Shown: in pieces, positions 49,639 to 59,744 of the stretch
How positions within the stretch are numbered: the first letter of the stretch is position 1
Layout: each line of letters begins with the position of its first letter
NCBI RefSeq assembly: GCF_036567905.1
Contig: NZ_DATCTO010000069.1
Span: 27,899-91,898 of the forward strand
Direction: 5' to 3'
DNA from: Candidatus Binatus sp.
Lineage (GTDB): Bacteria; Desulfobacterota; Binatia; Binatales; Binataceae
DNA length: 64,000 bases
Made by a program: the position numbers and the translations under genes
Notes under the pieces: generated by a model
Told to the model about the DNA's origin: nothing
Database searches by the model: none
What the model saw: the letters and a program-made list of their open reading frames with translations, nothing else

Positions 49639-50343
49639 ATGAACAAGTTTGGAGTTGTACTGGCGGCGTGTGCGGGTGTCGCGCTCAGCATGACCGTTGG
49701 CGCCAGCCTCGCGAGCGCTGCCGGCGGCACGATCAGCGGAACCATCAAGTACGACGGCACGCCGCCCGTGCCCAGGAAGGTCGAGGTGACCAAGGACAAG
49801 GAAGTATGCGCGCTGCATCCGCACTTCGAAGAGGACCTGGTCGTCGGCAGCGGCGGCGGAATCGCGAACGCGGTTGTGATCGTGAAAGGCGCCAAGGGCG
49901 AGATGAAGCCCGGCGAAGTACAGTTCGAGCAGAAGGGATGCGACTACGTGCCGCACGTGCTCGCGTTCCCGGCGGGCAGCACCGTGGATATCATCAACGC
50001 GGACGGGATTCTGCACAACATCCACACCTATTCGACCAAGAATCCGGCGTTCAACATGGCTCAGCCCAAGTTCAAGAAAGTAATCAAGGAAAAGATCGAT
50101 CAGCCGGAAGTGATCAAGGTCAGCTGCGATGCGCACGGCTGGATGCATGCCTGGTGGGTCGCGACCGACACTCCGTACTTCGCAGTGACCGACGACAAGG
50201 GCAACTATTCGATCGCAGGCGTGCCGCCGGGCAACTACGAAATCGAAGTCTGGCAGGAAAAGCTCGGCACGCAGACTGAGAAAGTCGACGTGAAAGACGG
50301 CGCGACGGCGACCAGCGATTTCTCGCTGAAGCCGAAGGGCTGA
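49639..50343 (+). CDS. secreted cupredoxin-like protein with C-terminal CarbopepD_reg-like domain (putative blue-copper electron carrier)
   Basis: Signal peptide. A possible type-1 Cu site is built from H...C-x-x-H-x-x-M (ILHNIHTY ... CDAHGWMH, an amicyanin-like CxxHxxM). The C-terminus (GNYSIAGVPPGNYEIEVW) resembles a carboxypeptidase-regulatory fold. AGGAGGG RBS. Confidence 0.4.
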   Translation: MNKFGVVLAACAGVALSMTVGASLASAAGGTISGTIKYDGTPPVPRKVEVTKDKEVCALHPHFEEDLVVGSGGGIANAVVIVKGAKGEMKPGEVQFEQKGCDYVPHVLAFPAGSTVDIINADGILHNIHTYSTKNPAFNMAQPKFKKVIKEKIDQPEVIKVSCDAHGWMHAWWVATDTPYFAVTDDKGNYSIAGVPPGNYEIEVWQEKLGTQTEKVDVKDGATATSDFSLKPKG

Positions 50344-50369
50344 GCGTTCGGGTGCGACGAAAGGAGTCG

Positions 50370-50402
50370 CGGGGCTGGAGCAATCCGGCCCCGTTTTCTT
50401 TG
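50370..50402 (+). terminator. rho-independent terminator after cytochrome/cupredoxin operon
   Basis: CGGGGCTGG-agcaat-CCGGCCCCG followed by TTTTCTTT. Confidence 0.5.
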
Positions 50403-50457
50403 GAACAATCCCACTTTTCACTTTTCTCTGTTCGCCGGCGCGATATAATCCGCAGCG

Positions 50458-50814
50458 ATGATTAAACGCCTCGATACGCTCGAAGTCGCGACCTCGGATC
50501 TCGCGGACGCAGCGTCGATCTATGAGAAGAACTTCGGCTTTGCCGTTGCCAGGCCGGCGGACGGGAGCTCGGCGTTGGTGAAGGTCGGCGGCGCGGAAAT
50601 TCGCCTGGTCGCGGCGGCCGCAATCGATTCGTCGAGCGAAGGGATGACCGGCCTGTGGCTCGAGGCCGACGACGTCGATCAGGTGATAGCGGACTTTCGC
50701 GCCGCCGGTCTCGACGCCGGCGCGATTCGGATCGAATCGGGACGCCGCATCCTGACGATCGATCCCAAGCTGGCCAACCAGGTCCCGCTGTTCATCTTCG
50801 ATCGCAAAGCCTGA
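50458..50814 (+). CDS. VOC (glyoxalase/bleomycin-resistance fold) family protein
   Basis: About 118 aa with betaalphabetabetabeta-module-like composition. Weak motif-level support only. Confidence 0.45.
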   Translation: MIKRLDTLEVATSDLADAASIYEKNFGFAVARPADGSSALVKVGGAEIRLVAAAAIDSSSEGMTGLWLEADDVDQVIADFRAAGLDAGAIRIESGRRILTIDPKLANQVPLFIFDRKA

Positions 50815-50846
50815 CTATCTCTGCGAAGTGCCGCGCGCCTACCCGG

Positions 50847-51728
50847 TCATGGAATGCAACTTTGGCTGGTCACGCCGAACACGGTAGTGGTCCTTTCCTG
50901 TATCCACTGATCGGTGCCACAGCTTGGGTTCTCGTCGATGCTGTCAACGCCTCCCGCATTGCCGGAAATATGCACATCTGTAATCACATTCCCTTCGTTG
51001 CCAAGGTCGATCACGATCCCGGCGTCGCCGTTGCTCTCGGCATTGAAATCGTAGATTCGATTCCCCGAACTTGGCTTCACACCCGCGCATTTGGTCCCGT
51101 GGGTGTCGTCGTCATGGCAGCCGATATAGACTCCAGTCCCGGTGTTGCTGCCGCTAGCGAAGGCGTTGACCTGGTTGCCCTTGCCGCCCTGTATCCAGAC
51201 GCCATACACGGAGTTGTCGATGGCATCAAAATTATTGATGTTGGCGCCGGTGGCCCCGTTGAGGAAGATGCCCACCACGTTCCCGTCGGGTTCGACCCAG
51301 TCCGAGATCGTGTTCTTGCCCTGCACCTCGAGCCCGTACTTCCAGCCGGATGAAACCGACCCGCCGCCCTCGATGAATGCGCCGCTTGAACTTTTGAGGA
51401 CATCAATCCCGGCTCCGGTCGAAGTCCCCAGCCCCGGACCCGTGACCGAATATTCGTGCACGTCCAGGATGGCGTTGCTCGCCTTGATGGCGATGCAGTC
51501 GCCCGCCGCCGTCAGTCCCTGCCCGCTCGAAAGGTCCGCCGTCACCGTGTAGGTGCCCGCCTTCGTAATCGTGCAGCCGCACACCGCAATCGACGCGCCG
51601 CATGCCGTCGTCGATGCTGACGCTTTTTCTTCTTGGGCCCGTGCGGCGCCGTGAAAGAGCAGTAAGGCGACTGCGAGCGCGGCGGCGCTCCGTATCCATT
51701 GTCGTGGTTGGAGTTGGTGACGGTTCAT
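50847..51728 (-). CDS. secreted parallel beta-helix repeat protein (paralog of 9032..10039)
   Basis: Signal peptide AALAVALLLFHGAARA and shared repeat units with the 9-10 kb protein (GNTGTGIFLNGCSD vs GSNTGTGVYIGCHDD; TISGPG vs VTGPGLG). Confidence 0.55.
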   Translation of the reverse strand: MNRHQLQPRQWIRSAAALAVALLLFHGAARAQEEKASASTTACGASIAVCGCTITKAGTYTVTADLSSGQGLTAAGDCIAIKASNAILDVHEYSVTGPGLGTSTGAGIDVLKSSSGAFIEGGGSVSSGWKYGLEVQGKNTISDWVEPDGNVVGIFLNGATGANINNFDAIDNSVYGVWIQGGKGNQVNAFASGSNTGTGVYIGCHDDDTHGTKCAGVKPSSGNRIYDFNAESNGDAGIVIDLGNEGNVITDVHISGNAGGVDSIDENPSCGTDQWIQERTTTVFGVTSQSCIP

Positions 51729-51939
51729 ATTTTGCTTTCTCCGTTGGCGGATTGTTCGCGGGCGAGCCGCGCCGCGGCGCCGATGCCGCGGCGCAAATTG
51801 AAAAGGGCCATTTCCGGAATTTCAATTTTGGGCCACGATTGAAGATGGCTTATATCCGAACGCCCCGCCCGTCACAACCGCCAGCCCGGGTTTCGCTCAG
51901 CTGATTACGTAGCTGCGATCTGCAACCGCGTGCGCGCGC

Positions 51940-52698
51940 TCAGACCTCGGTGGTGAAAGTCGCGCGCACCGCTTCCTCGAGCCTGCGCGTCAGCTCGGTG
52001 CGGTCGGCGCTGCGCATTGCTTCGGTCGCGATCGGCTTTCCAATCGTCATGCGCATCGCGCAGCCCGGGGTCACCACCTTCGCGAGGCGCGGGAAAATAA
52101 GGCCGGACCCGCTGATCGACATCGGCACCGCCGGCAACTTCGACAGGATCGCGAGCCACGCGGCGCCGTCTTCGAACTCGTGGACCCGGTTGTCGCTGAA
52201 GCGATGGCCCTCGGCGAAGACGCAGACGTCGAGGCCGCTGCGGATGATCTGAATCGCCTTGCGAATTGCCTTGCCACCGGCCTCGCGGTCGATGATCACG
52301 TGACCGCCGCGCTGCATCGCGTAGCCGACCACCGGGATTTTGAGCAGCTCTTTTTTGGCGACGAAACGAGGCTCGCCCGGTATGAACGCGGCGACGGCGA
52401 AGATGTCGAAGAAGCTCTGGTGGTTTGCAACGAGGATGTACGACTTCAGGCCGGCGAGATTTTCAAGACCTTCGATTTGCACCTTGATGCCGCAAAGCCC
52501 GATTATTCCGCGGCCCCATGCGCGACTGATCACCGTGACCGCGTGCGGCTTGCCCATCGTGGCCGCGATCGCCGCGGCGATCGCGCAAGGCGCGGTCCAT
52601 AGCACTGACAGAAGCGTCGCGGCGACCCCCCATGCGAGGTTGAAGATGCCGCGCGGCGCACCGGCGGCGTACGGCGAAGCCTGCGCGTGATTGGCCAT
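51940..52698 (-). CDS. plsC: 1-acyl-sn-glycerol-3-phosphate acyltransferase (lysophospholipid acyltransferase)
   Basis: HxxxxD motif VANHQSFFD, FVAKKEL, and VFAEG. Start moved to MANHAQ. Confidence 0.7.
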   Translation of the reverse strand: MANHAQASPYAAGAPRGIFNLAWGVAATLLSVLWTAPCAIAAAIAATMGKPHAVTVISRAWGRGIIGLCGIKVQIEGLENLAGLKSYILVANHQSFFDIFAVAAFIPGEPRFVAKKELLKIPVVGYAMQRGGHVIIDREAGGKAIRKAIQIIRSGLDVCVFAEGHRFSDNRVHEFEDGAAWLAILSKLPAVPMSISGSGLIFPRLAKVVTPGCAMRMTIGKPIATEAMRSADRTELTRRLEEAVRATFTTEV

Positions 52699-52854
52699 GC
52701 CCGAATACTCTGCCCGCTGGCGCCGCCGCGCTGCAAGCGCGTCGCGGATGCGCCGATTGGCAGTACCCGTCCGGCGGGGCGCGGAAAGTTGACACTGCCC
52801 TGACGGCGTCGGTACGCTGATCATGACAAAGCAAAGCCGAGCGCCGAGGACCCA

Positions 52855-53040
52855 ATGGGACGAATCACCGGGTTTCAGCAGTTTCTCCAAATCCTGACCG
52901 TGCCGGATAACATCCCGATCATCGCGATGATGATCCTGGTGATGTTTTTCACGTATATCGCGCTGAAGCAGGGCCGCCGCAACGATCAGCTGATCGAGCA
53001 CGGCCATCGCGAGCGCATCATCGACGAGATGAGGAAGTAG
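52855..53040 (+). CDS. hypothetical small membrane protein
   Basis: 61-aa ORF with one TM (IPIIAMMILVMFFTYIAL) and a charged tail. Supported only by ORF integrity. Confidence 0.25.
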   Translation: MGRITGFQQFLQILTVPDNIPIIAMMILVMFFTYIALKQGRRNDQLIEHGHRERIIDEMRK

Positions 53041-53577
53041 CCGCGGCGCGGGCGCAAGGGCATCGATTGAGCAGCGTGCGGGGCGGCTTGCCCCGACGAT
53101 GCGATCATGCCGACAGAAGGTCTTCGGCGCCGACCGCGCGGCCGGCTCTTTTTTCAGTATCTACGCGGATTCTCCTTGCGATTGGCGTCACTCTGTTTGC
53201 CACGCTTCAAACGACTCTGGCCGCGGCTTTACCCGCCGCCTCCGACGACAGCGCCGAAGCGGCATGCGCCGAGATCAAAACTGCGCTGCATGCGCTGGCC
53301 GGCGCGGAGCACGACGAAGCGTTCGCGCTCGATCTTGCCTCGAGCGGGGGCAATTCGACCGCGATCGTCGCCTCGCGGCTGTCCGTCCTGCTCGATTGCA
53401 CGCAGGATTTGCGCGTCGCGCTCAGGCACGTGCGTCAGAGTGCCGTCGCGCGCGACTCGATGGCCGATCAATGCGTGCGGATGGGGTTTCGCGCGCTGGT
53501 GATATCCGAGAAGCTGAGTTCCGACGTCGAAACCGTTCTGTTCGGCGGTGACGATTCTGTGGCGCAAGCGCCCGAGC

Positions 53578-54432
53578 TCAAGTCTGACTCCGCTGCACCT
53601 GCTGCATCGCCGCCCGCTCTGCAACCCTGACCTGTCGTGCGGCGGCGTTGCGTGGAACCAACACGGCGGCCGCCGCAAGCATCAGCAGAACCGCCTGCGC
53701 GCCGAGCGATTGAACGGTCGGGAACAGGCCGAGCATGGGAATCGTTGGCGCGTAATTCACGAAGGTAGCCGATACCCTTGACGCTTCCTGCAAGCTCGCG
53801 ATCCCCTGGCCGACAAAGACGATCGCCATCGCGTAGAGCAGGATCGAAGTCGTCTGGAAGAAGAGCCTTATCGGGATTCGATCGGCGGCGCGCCGCAGCA
53901 CCACGAAAGACGCGGCCAGTGCGACCGCGGCGACGACGATGCCGGCCGCCACCGCGTGACGCTCGGCAGCTTCGGTCGCGCCGCTGGTGAGCGCCTGAAA
54001 GAACACTATTGTCTCCGCGCCCTCGCGCATCACGGCGAGAAACGCGGTGAGTCCGAGCGCGACGGCGGGAACCGTGCTGCGCTCGGCGCTCTGGAGTTTG
54101 TGCGAGATGAACTTCAGCCAGCGATCGGCCTGGCCTTTCGAGGTCATCCACGAGCTGACGTAAAAGAGGGTCGCGGCGGCGAAGAGTTGGAAGACGCCTT
54201 CGAGCGTGTCGCTGGCGTCGTCGGTGATGAAGTTGTTCACCACCCACGCCAGCACGACGCTGGCGACGATCGCGGCAATTGCGCCCGCATAGATGTCGCG
54301 CGAGCGGCCGATTCGTCCTGCGCCGCGGGTGGCGGCCGCGAGCGCGACGACGACCAGCATCGCTTCCATGCCTTCGCGGAAGAGGATGCCGAGCGAATAG
54401 AAGAAGTAAGCGACTGCGGTTTGATTGGTCAT
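53578..54432 (-). CDS. FTR1-family high-affinity iron permease
   Basis: Two REXXE motifs (REGMEA and REGAET) in TM1 and TM4 of a 7-TM protein. Start moved to MTNQTAV. Confidence 0.7.
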   Translation of the reverse strand: MTNQTAVAYFFYSLGILFREGMEAMLVVVALAAATRGAGRIGRSRDIYAGAIAAIVASVVLAWVVNNFITDDASDTLEGVFQLFAAATLFYVSSWMTSKGQADRWLKFISHKLQSAERSTVPAVALGLTAFLAVMREGAETIVFFQALTSGATEAAERHAVAAGIVVAAVALAASFVVLRRAADRIPIRLFFQTTSILLYAMAIVFVGQGIASLQEASRVSATFVNYAPTIPMLGLFPTVQSLGAQAVLLMLAAAAVLVPRNAAARQVRVAERAAMQQVQRSQT

Positions 54433-54700
54433 ATTGTTAATTCTGAGAATGATTCTCAATTCCGACTGTAGCCCTGCCGGTCTGCGATGTCAACGATGAG
54501 AATTTGCCCCTCCGCAATGGCGCACCCGGTCATGCTTGCGACCATCTACAGCCGGTAGTAACCTCAAAAATGAAGCGGGTCCGCCGATTTTTCGTGCGCA
54601 CGGCCGCTTCAAGTCTTTTTCAGGGCTTTTTCGGGGATGCGGGCTCTGCGATGCGTTCGCGGGGCGATGCGATGCTCACTTTGAGGCGGTTAATCTCCTG

Positions 54701-55063
54701 ATGCGATGCGTCTATTGCAGCCAGCGCGCCGGTTTGATCCGCCGCGTCTGCACGCCGTGTGCGAAAGTAGTCGCGATCGTGGACCGCGCCGGCGGCGAAG
54801 TCGGATTGGCCGGGCTGGTCGATATTTTCGTGGAAGAGGGTCTCACGCGGGAGCAGGTCGATGTGGTGCTCGACGCGCAGGTCGGCGCCGAGCCAACCAT
54901 CCGCGACCGGCTCACCTCGAGCATGACGAACTTCTTGATGCGCAACCTCGGGATGCCGGGGCGCCAGTCGCCCGAAGACGTAAGGAAGGTGCGCACCGCG
55001 ATGCAAAGCGGTGGCGGCGCCGGCACGTGGGTCGGTGGAGAGGAGCCCCCGGAGCATCATTAA
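54701..55063 (+). CDS. hypothetical protein (N-terminal CxxC...CxxC zinc-ribbon-like)
   Basis: MRCVYCSQRAGLIRRVCTPCAK begins the ORF. No known family recognised. Confidence 0.3.
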   Translation: MRCVYCSQRAGLIRRVCTPCAKVVAIVDRAGGEVGLAGLVDIFVEEGLTREQVDVVLDAQVGAEPTIRDRLTSSMTNFLMRNLGMPGRQSPEDVRKVRTAMQSGGGAGTWVGGEEPPEHH

Positions 55064-55148
55064 GATGCGCTCGCGGGTCACCGAATTGGCGATGGAAAAA
55101 GATCGCAGCGACCTCTAGTTCACGGCTGAACGGTTTTCGGAGAGACGA

Positions 55149-56030
55149 ATGAATTTGCAGCAGATCGGCGTCGTCGGGGCAGGGCAGATGGGTGCGGGAA
55201 TCGCGCAGGTCGCGGCGCAGGCGGAAATCAGGGTCGTGATGCATGATATCGCGCCGGAGCTGTGCCAGCGCGGCGTCGATTCGATCGCGCGCAACCTGGG
55301 GCGGATGATCGAGCGCGGGCGCTTCAAGCCCGAGGAGCGCGATCGCGTGATGCGCCGCGTCGAGACCACCACCAGGCTCGAGGACCTGGCCGCGGTCGGC
55401 TTCGTGATCGAGGCGGTGATCGAAAACGAAGACGCGAAGATCGCGCTGCTGCAGAAGCTCGACAAGATCTGTCCGCCGGAGACGATTTTTGCCTCGAACA
55501 CGTCGTCGATTTCGATCACCAGGATGGGGGCGCGGACTTCACGCGCCGACCGCGTGATCGGGATGCACTTTATGAACCCGGTCCCGGCGATGAAGCTGGT
55601 CGAAATCATTCGCGGACTGGCCACCTCGGAAGCGACTTTTCAGCAGACCCGCGCGCTCGCCGAGCAGCTCGGCAAGACCACGATGACCGCGCAGGATTTT
55701 CCGGGATTCATTGTTAATCGCGTGCTGCTGCCGATGATCAACGAGGCGATCTACACGCTGTACGAAGGCGTCGGCGGGGTAACCGATATCGACATCGCGA
55801 TGAAGCTCGGCACCAATCAGCCGATGGGTCCGCTGGAGCTGGCGGACCTGATCGGGCTGGACACCTGCCTTGCGATCATGGAGGTGATGCATCGGGTGCT
55901 GGGCGACGACAAGTACCGTGCCTGCCCGCTGCTGAAGAAGTACGTCGATGCCGGATACCTGGGCCGCAAATCAGGCCGCGGTTTTTATGTATATGACGAG
56001 AAGGGTACTTTGATTCCGCCACCGCGCTGA
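55149..56030 (+). CDS. hbd: 3-hydroxybutyryl-CoA dehydrogenase
   Basis: Rossmann motif GVVGAGQMGAGIA and the 3HCDH signature (FASNTSSISIT...HFMNPVP). Confidence 0.85.
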   Translation: MNLQQIGVVGAGQMGAGIAQVAAQAEIRVVMHDIAPELCQRGVDSIARNLGRMIERGRFKPEERDRVMRRVETTTRLEDLAAVGFVIEAVIENEDAKIALLQKLDKICPPETIFASNTSSISITRMGARTSRADRVIGMHFMNPVPAMKLVEIIRGLATSEATFQQTRALAEQLGKTTMTAQDFPGFIVNRVLLPMINEAIYTLYEGVGGVTDIDIAMKLGTNQPMGPLELADLIGLDTCLAIMEVMHRVLGDDKYRACPLLKKYVDAGYLGRKSGRGFYVYDEKGTLIPPPR

Positions 56031-56078
56031 GCGCGGGTGCGCGCCGGGGCGGCCGGCGCGCGCCGGGAGGCAACGAGC

Positions 56079-56312
56079 ATGTCCGTAAAGGCATTCATCC
56101 TGATCGACACGTCGCCGGGAAAGGCGCGCGAGGTCGCGGCCAAGATTCGAGGCGTGAGCGGCGTTTCGGTGGCGCATGCGGTCACCGGGCCGCACGACAT
56201 CATCGCGATCGCGGAGGCCGCCGACGTGACCTCGCTCGGCGAGCTGGTGGTGCAGAAGATTCAGAGCGTGACCGGCGTCAATCGGAGCCTGACTTCAATC
56301 GTCGCGGATTGA
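56079..56312 (+). CDS. Lrp/AsnC-type ligand-binding (RAM) domain protein, stand-alone
   Basis: 77 aa following a GGGAGG RBS (SVKAFILIDTSPGKAREVAAKIRGVSGVSVAHAVTGPHDIIAIAEA) resembles AsnC C-terminal domains. Confidence 0.45.
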   Translation: MSVKAFILIDTSPGKAREVAAKIRGVSGVSVAHAVTGPHDIIAIAEAADVTSLGELVVQKIQSVTGVNRSLTSIVAD

Positions 56313-56400
56313 AGCAGGCAAAAAAAGATCGCGCCAGCGCCGACCGGCGCGGCGATCGTATAGAGCAGGGGAAAGACCGCATTCAGGAAGTAATCTATCG

Positions 56401-56895
56401 ATGGCTGAATTACCGGTAATCAAACGGCTCAGAAAAGACCTCGAAACGCTCAAGCGCGAACTCACCGTGGACCTGCCCAAGGAACTCGAGCGCGCGCGCG
56501 CGCACGGCGACTTGTCCGAAAACGCGGAATGGGCAATGGCCAAGCAGCGTCAGGAGTTCCTGCGCGCGCGGGTGGGCAACCTCGAGGCGCGAATCGTCGA
56601 GCTCACGATGATCGATCTCGAGACGATTCCGCGCGACACCGTCGGGCTGGGCAGCCGCGTGCGGCTCGAGGATCTCGATGAGGGCGGCATCGCGGAGTTC
56701 GAGATCGTCGTGCCGGAGGAAGTTGACGGCGCGCAGAACCGCATCTCGCTGTCGTCGCCGCTGGGCCGCGCGCTGATCGGCAAGGCGGCGCACGACGATA
56801 TCGAAGTCGTCACGCCCAAGGGCAAGCGCGCGTACATGGTCAAGCAGCTTACGACGATCCATGCGCTGCTGGTCGTGGACAACGGCACCAAGTAA
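56401..56895 (+). CDS. greA: transcription elongation factor GreA
   Basis: Coiled-coil N-terminus with GDLSENAEW, plus an FKBP-like C-terminal domain. Confidence 0.9.
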   Translation: MAELPVIKRLRKDLETLKRELTVDLPKELERARAHGDLSENAEWAMAKQRQEFLRARVGNLEARIVELTMIDLETIPRDTVGLGSRVRLEDLDEGGIAEFEIVVPEEVDGAQNRISLSSPLGRALIGKAAHDDIEVVTPKGKRAYMVKQLTTIHALLVVDNGTK

Positions 56896-56912
56896 CCGGG
56901 CCGCACGCGCGA

Positions 56913-58697
56913 TCAATCGCCGAACATTGCGTCGATCTGTTGCTTGAAGTGCGCCTGAACGATCTTGCGGCGCACCTTGAGCGACGGCGTCAGCTCGCCA
57001 TTTTCCTGGGTGAACGGCTGCATGATCGTGAACCCGACGATCGCTTCCACGTCCGAGAGCTGCTTGTTGATTTCGCGAATCCGCTGATGCAGCAGCGCCT
57101 TCAACGCCGGTGATTTCGCCAGCGCCTCCGGGTTTTTCGGGTCGAGCTGGTTGTCGCTTAAAAACTCCGCCAGATTTTCGTAGTCCGGCACTATCAGCGC
57201 GGCGAGATGCTTGCGGCGGTCGCCGAACACGCAGGCTTGCGAGATGAATTTGTCGCCGACGAGCTTGCTCTCGACGTAAGCGGGCGACACGTTCTTGCCG
57301 CCCGACAGCACGATGATTTCCTTTTTGCGGTCGGTGATCGAGATGTAACCCTCGACGTCGATCTTCGCGATGTCGCCGGTATGCAGCCATCCATTTTCGT
57401 CGATCGCTTCCTTGGTGTCGGCCTCGAGCTTGTAGTAACCCTTCATGATGTTCGGCCCGCGCAGCAGCAACTCACCGTCGGCTGCCGTTTCGACCTGAAT
57501 GTGCGCCAGCGGCCGGCCCACCGTGCCGATTCGGGTCCTGCCGTTGTGCAGATTGCACGCGACCACGGGCGCCGCCTCGGTCAGCCCATATCCTTCGACG
57601 ATTGGAACTTCGGCGGCGGACAGGAAGCGGTTGATCTCGGTCGGCAGCGGCGCGCCGCCGGAAATGAGGTAGCGCATTCGATTTCCGAAGATCGCGCGCA
57701 CTCGCGCGAAGACCAGCCGCCTGAACAGCGCCATCGACAGTGCCAGCATGGGCGGAACCGGTTTGCCGCGATGCCGATACTCAGCCGCTTGCTCGCCCGC
57801 CGCCAGCGCCATTTTGAACAGTCGTTGGCGGATCGGAGGCGAGGCCTCCACCGTGCGCATCACGCGGCTATGTATCACTTCGAGCAGGCGCGGCACCGTG
57901 AGCACCACGGTCGGCTGGACCTCGGTCAGGTTCGCCGCGATCTGCCCGAGGCTCTCGGCAAACGCGATCGTCCCTCCCGCGATCGCCACGGTGTAGTAAC
58001 CCGCGGTCCGTTCGAACGAGTGCGCGATCGGCAGATGCGACAGCGTCATGTCGGTGTTGTTGAGCGCAAGTGCGGCAAGCGAGTCGGCGCAGTTGGCAAG
58101 GAGGTTGCCGTGCGAGAGCATCACGCCTTTCGGCGTTCCGGTCGTGCCCGAGGTATAGATGATCGTCGCGAGGTCGTCGCGGCTGCCCTCGACGATCGCC
58201 GCCGGCGCATCGCCGCTCACCGATTTGAGCGTCATGATGGCGGGCGCTGCGTCCGCGGCGGGTGCGGATTCGGCGCCGCGATGCATGGCGACAATTGTCG
58301 CGACGGCGGGAATCGAACTGCCGAGACCGAGAATTTTCTTGATCATCTCGGGCCCGTTGGCCGCGACGATTTTCGCTCCCGAGTCGTTGATGACGTGTGC
58401 GGTTTCCTCGAGTCCGCTGGTGGTGTAAAGCGGCACGACGATCGCGCCGAGCCCCATCACGGCCTGATCGACGACGATCCATTCGGGGCAATTGTCGGAG
58501 AGGATCGCGACGCGATCGCCGGCGCGCACGCCCAAGCCGAGCAGGCCGGCGCGAAGCTTTCCGGCGGCGTCGGAGATTTCGGTCCACGAGTGGTCGGTCC
58601 AGACTTTGCCGGGCTTGTCCTTTAAGAATACGCGCGCACCGTACTTCTGCGCCCGCGCCTCGAAGGCTTGGGAAATGGTCGCCGCACGATCGGGCAT
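56913..58697 (-). CDS. fadD: long-chain-fatty-acid--CoA ligase (AMP-forming)
   Basis: AMP-binding motif YTSGTTGTPKGVMLSHGNL and the downstream GYGLTE/GDI motifs. Confidence 0.85.
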   Translation of the reverse strand: MPDRAATISQAFEARAQKYGARVFLKDKPGKVWTDHSWTEISDAAGKLRAGLLGLGVRAGDRVAILSDNCPEWIVVDQAVMGLGAIVVPLYTTSGLEETAHVINDSGAKIVAANGPEMIKKILGLGSSIPAVATIVAMHRGAESAPAADAAPAIMTLKSVSGDAPAAIVEGSRDDLATIIYTSGTTGTPKGVMLSHGNLLANCADSLAALALNNTDMTLSHLPIAHSFERTAGYYTVAIAGGTIAFAESLGQIAANLTEVQPTVVLTVPRLLEVIHSRVMRTVEASPPIRQRLFKMALAAGEQAAEYRHRGKPVPPMLALSMALFRRLVFARVRAIFGNRMRYLISGGAPLPTEINRFLSAAEVPIVEGYGLTEAAPVVACNLHNGRTRIGTVGRPLAHIQVETAADGELLLRGPNIMKGYYKLEADTKEAIDENGWLHTGDIAKIDVEGYISITDRKKEIIVLSGGKNVSPAYVESKLVGDKFISQACVFGDRRKHLAALIVPDYENLAEFLSDNQLDPKNPEALAKSPALKALLHQRIREINKQLSDVEAIVGFTIMQPFTQENGELTPSLKVRRKIVQAHFKQQIDAMFGD

Positions 58698-59039
58698 AAG
58701 ATATAGAAACCTCCTCTTCCTCGACTAGCCGTTGTAGCCCAAACATTTGCCGCCGCCAATCTCGCCCCAATCCCTGATTGCCGGACCCGCAGCCGATGCG
58801 ATCATGGGACCACGAAGCACTTGAATTAACTACCGAAATGCAAATATCATGAACAGCCTTAAGCGGACGTTTTGGTGGGTCAACAAAGTTTTTTCATTCC
58901 CCTGATCGTTGCGCTGGCGGGCATAATCACACTCAGTTCATGAATCGCAAGGCGTTGGAACGTTGCATCGGCCGCCTTGATCGGCGCGGCGAGTGCTCGT
59001 CCGGAATTTGCACATTGGCAGCGAAGAGGTGACGCTTCG

Positions 59040-59744
59040 ATGCTCGAGTATCTGTATTTTCCGCACGACATCTCGACCTTCGGACCGCAAATCGATTGGC
59101 TCTTTGAGCTGATCTTCTGGATCGTGCTGGTGGTTTGGACCGCGGTGATGATCACGATGGTGGTCTTCATGATTCGCTATCGCGCCCGGCCTGGCCGCAA
59201 GGCGGAATATATTGAAGGCAATTCGCGGCTCGAGATCATCTGGACCACAGCGACCGCTGCGATCCTGATCGTGCTGGCGTTCATGAGCCGCTCGACGTGG
59301 GCTGATATCAAGGAGCATGGCCCTCCGGGGCAGGTGTTCTACGCGGTGACCGGCAAGCAGTTCAACTGGGAATTCACTTATCCGGGGCCCGACGGCAAAC
59401 TCGGCACCAAGGACGACATCATCGTCGAGAACGAGCTGCACGTGCCGGTCAACAAAGTGGTGCGGGTCGATCTGACCTCGAAAGACGTCATCCACAGTTT
59501 TTACATCCCGAACATGCGTCTGAGGCAGGACGCGGTGCCTGGCCGCATCATCCACGTCTGGTTCGAAGCGACCGAAACCGGGCAATACGAAATACCGTGC
59601 TCGCAGCTGTGCGGCTTCGGGCATTCGGGGATGAAGGGCAATCTGACGGTCGAGTCGCAAGAGGATTTCGACAAGTGGCTCAAGGACCTGTATGCAAACC
59701 CGCCCGCGCCGCCCTCGGCGACCGAAGGAGCTAGCCCAAAATGA
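59040..59744 (+). CDS. coxB: cytochrome c oxidase subunit II (aa3-type, CuA)
   Basis: Two N-terminal TMs and a cupredoxin domain with the CuA ligands H...CSQLCGFGHSGM. Confidence 0.85.
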   Translation: MLEYLYFPHDISTFGPQIDWLFELIFWIVLVVWTAVMITMVVFMIRYRARPGRKAEYIEGNSRLEIIWTTATAAILIVLAFMSRSTWADIKEHGPPGQVFYAVTGKQFNWEFTYPGPDGKLGTKDDIIVENELHVPVNKVVRVDLTSKDVIHSFYIPNMRLRQDAVPGRIIHVWFEATETGQYEIPCSQLCGFGHSGMKGNLTVESQEDFDKWLKDLYANPPAPPSATEGASPK

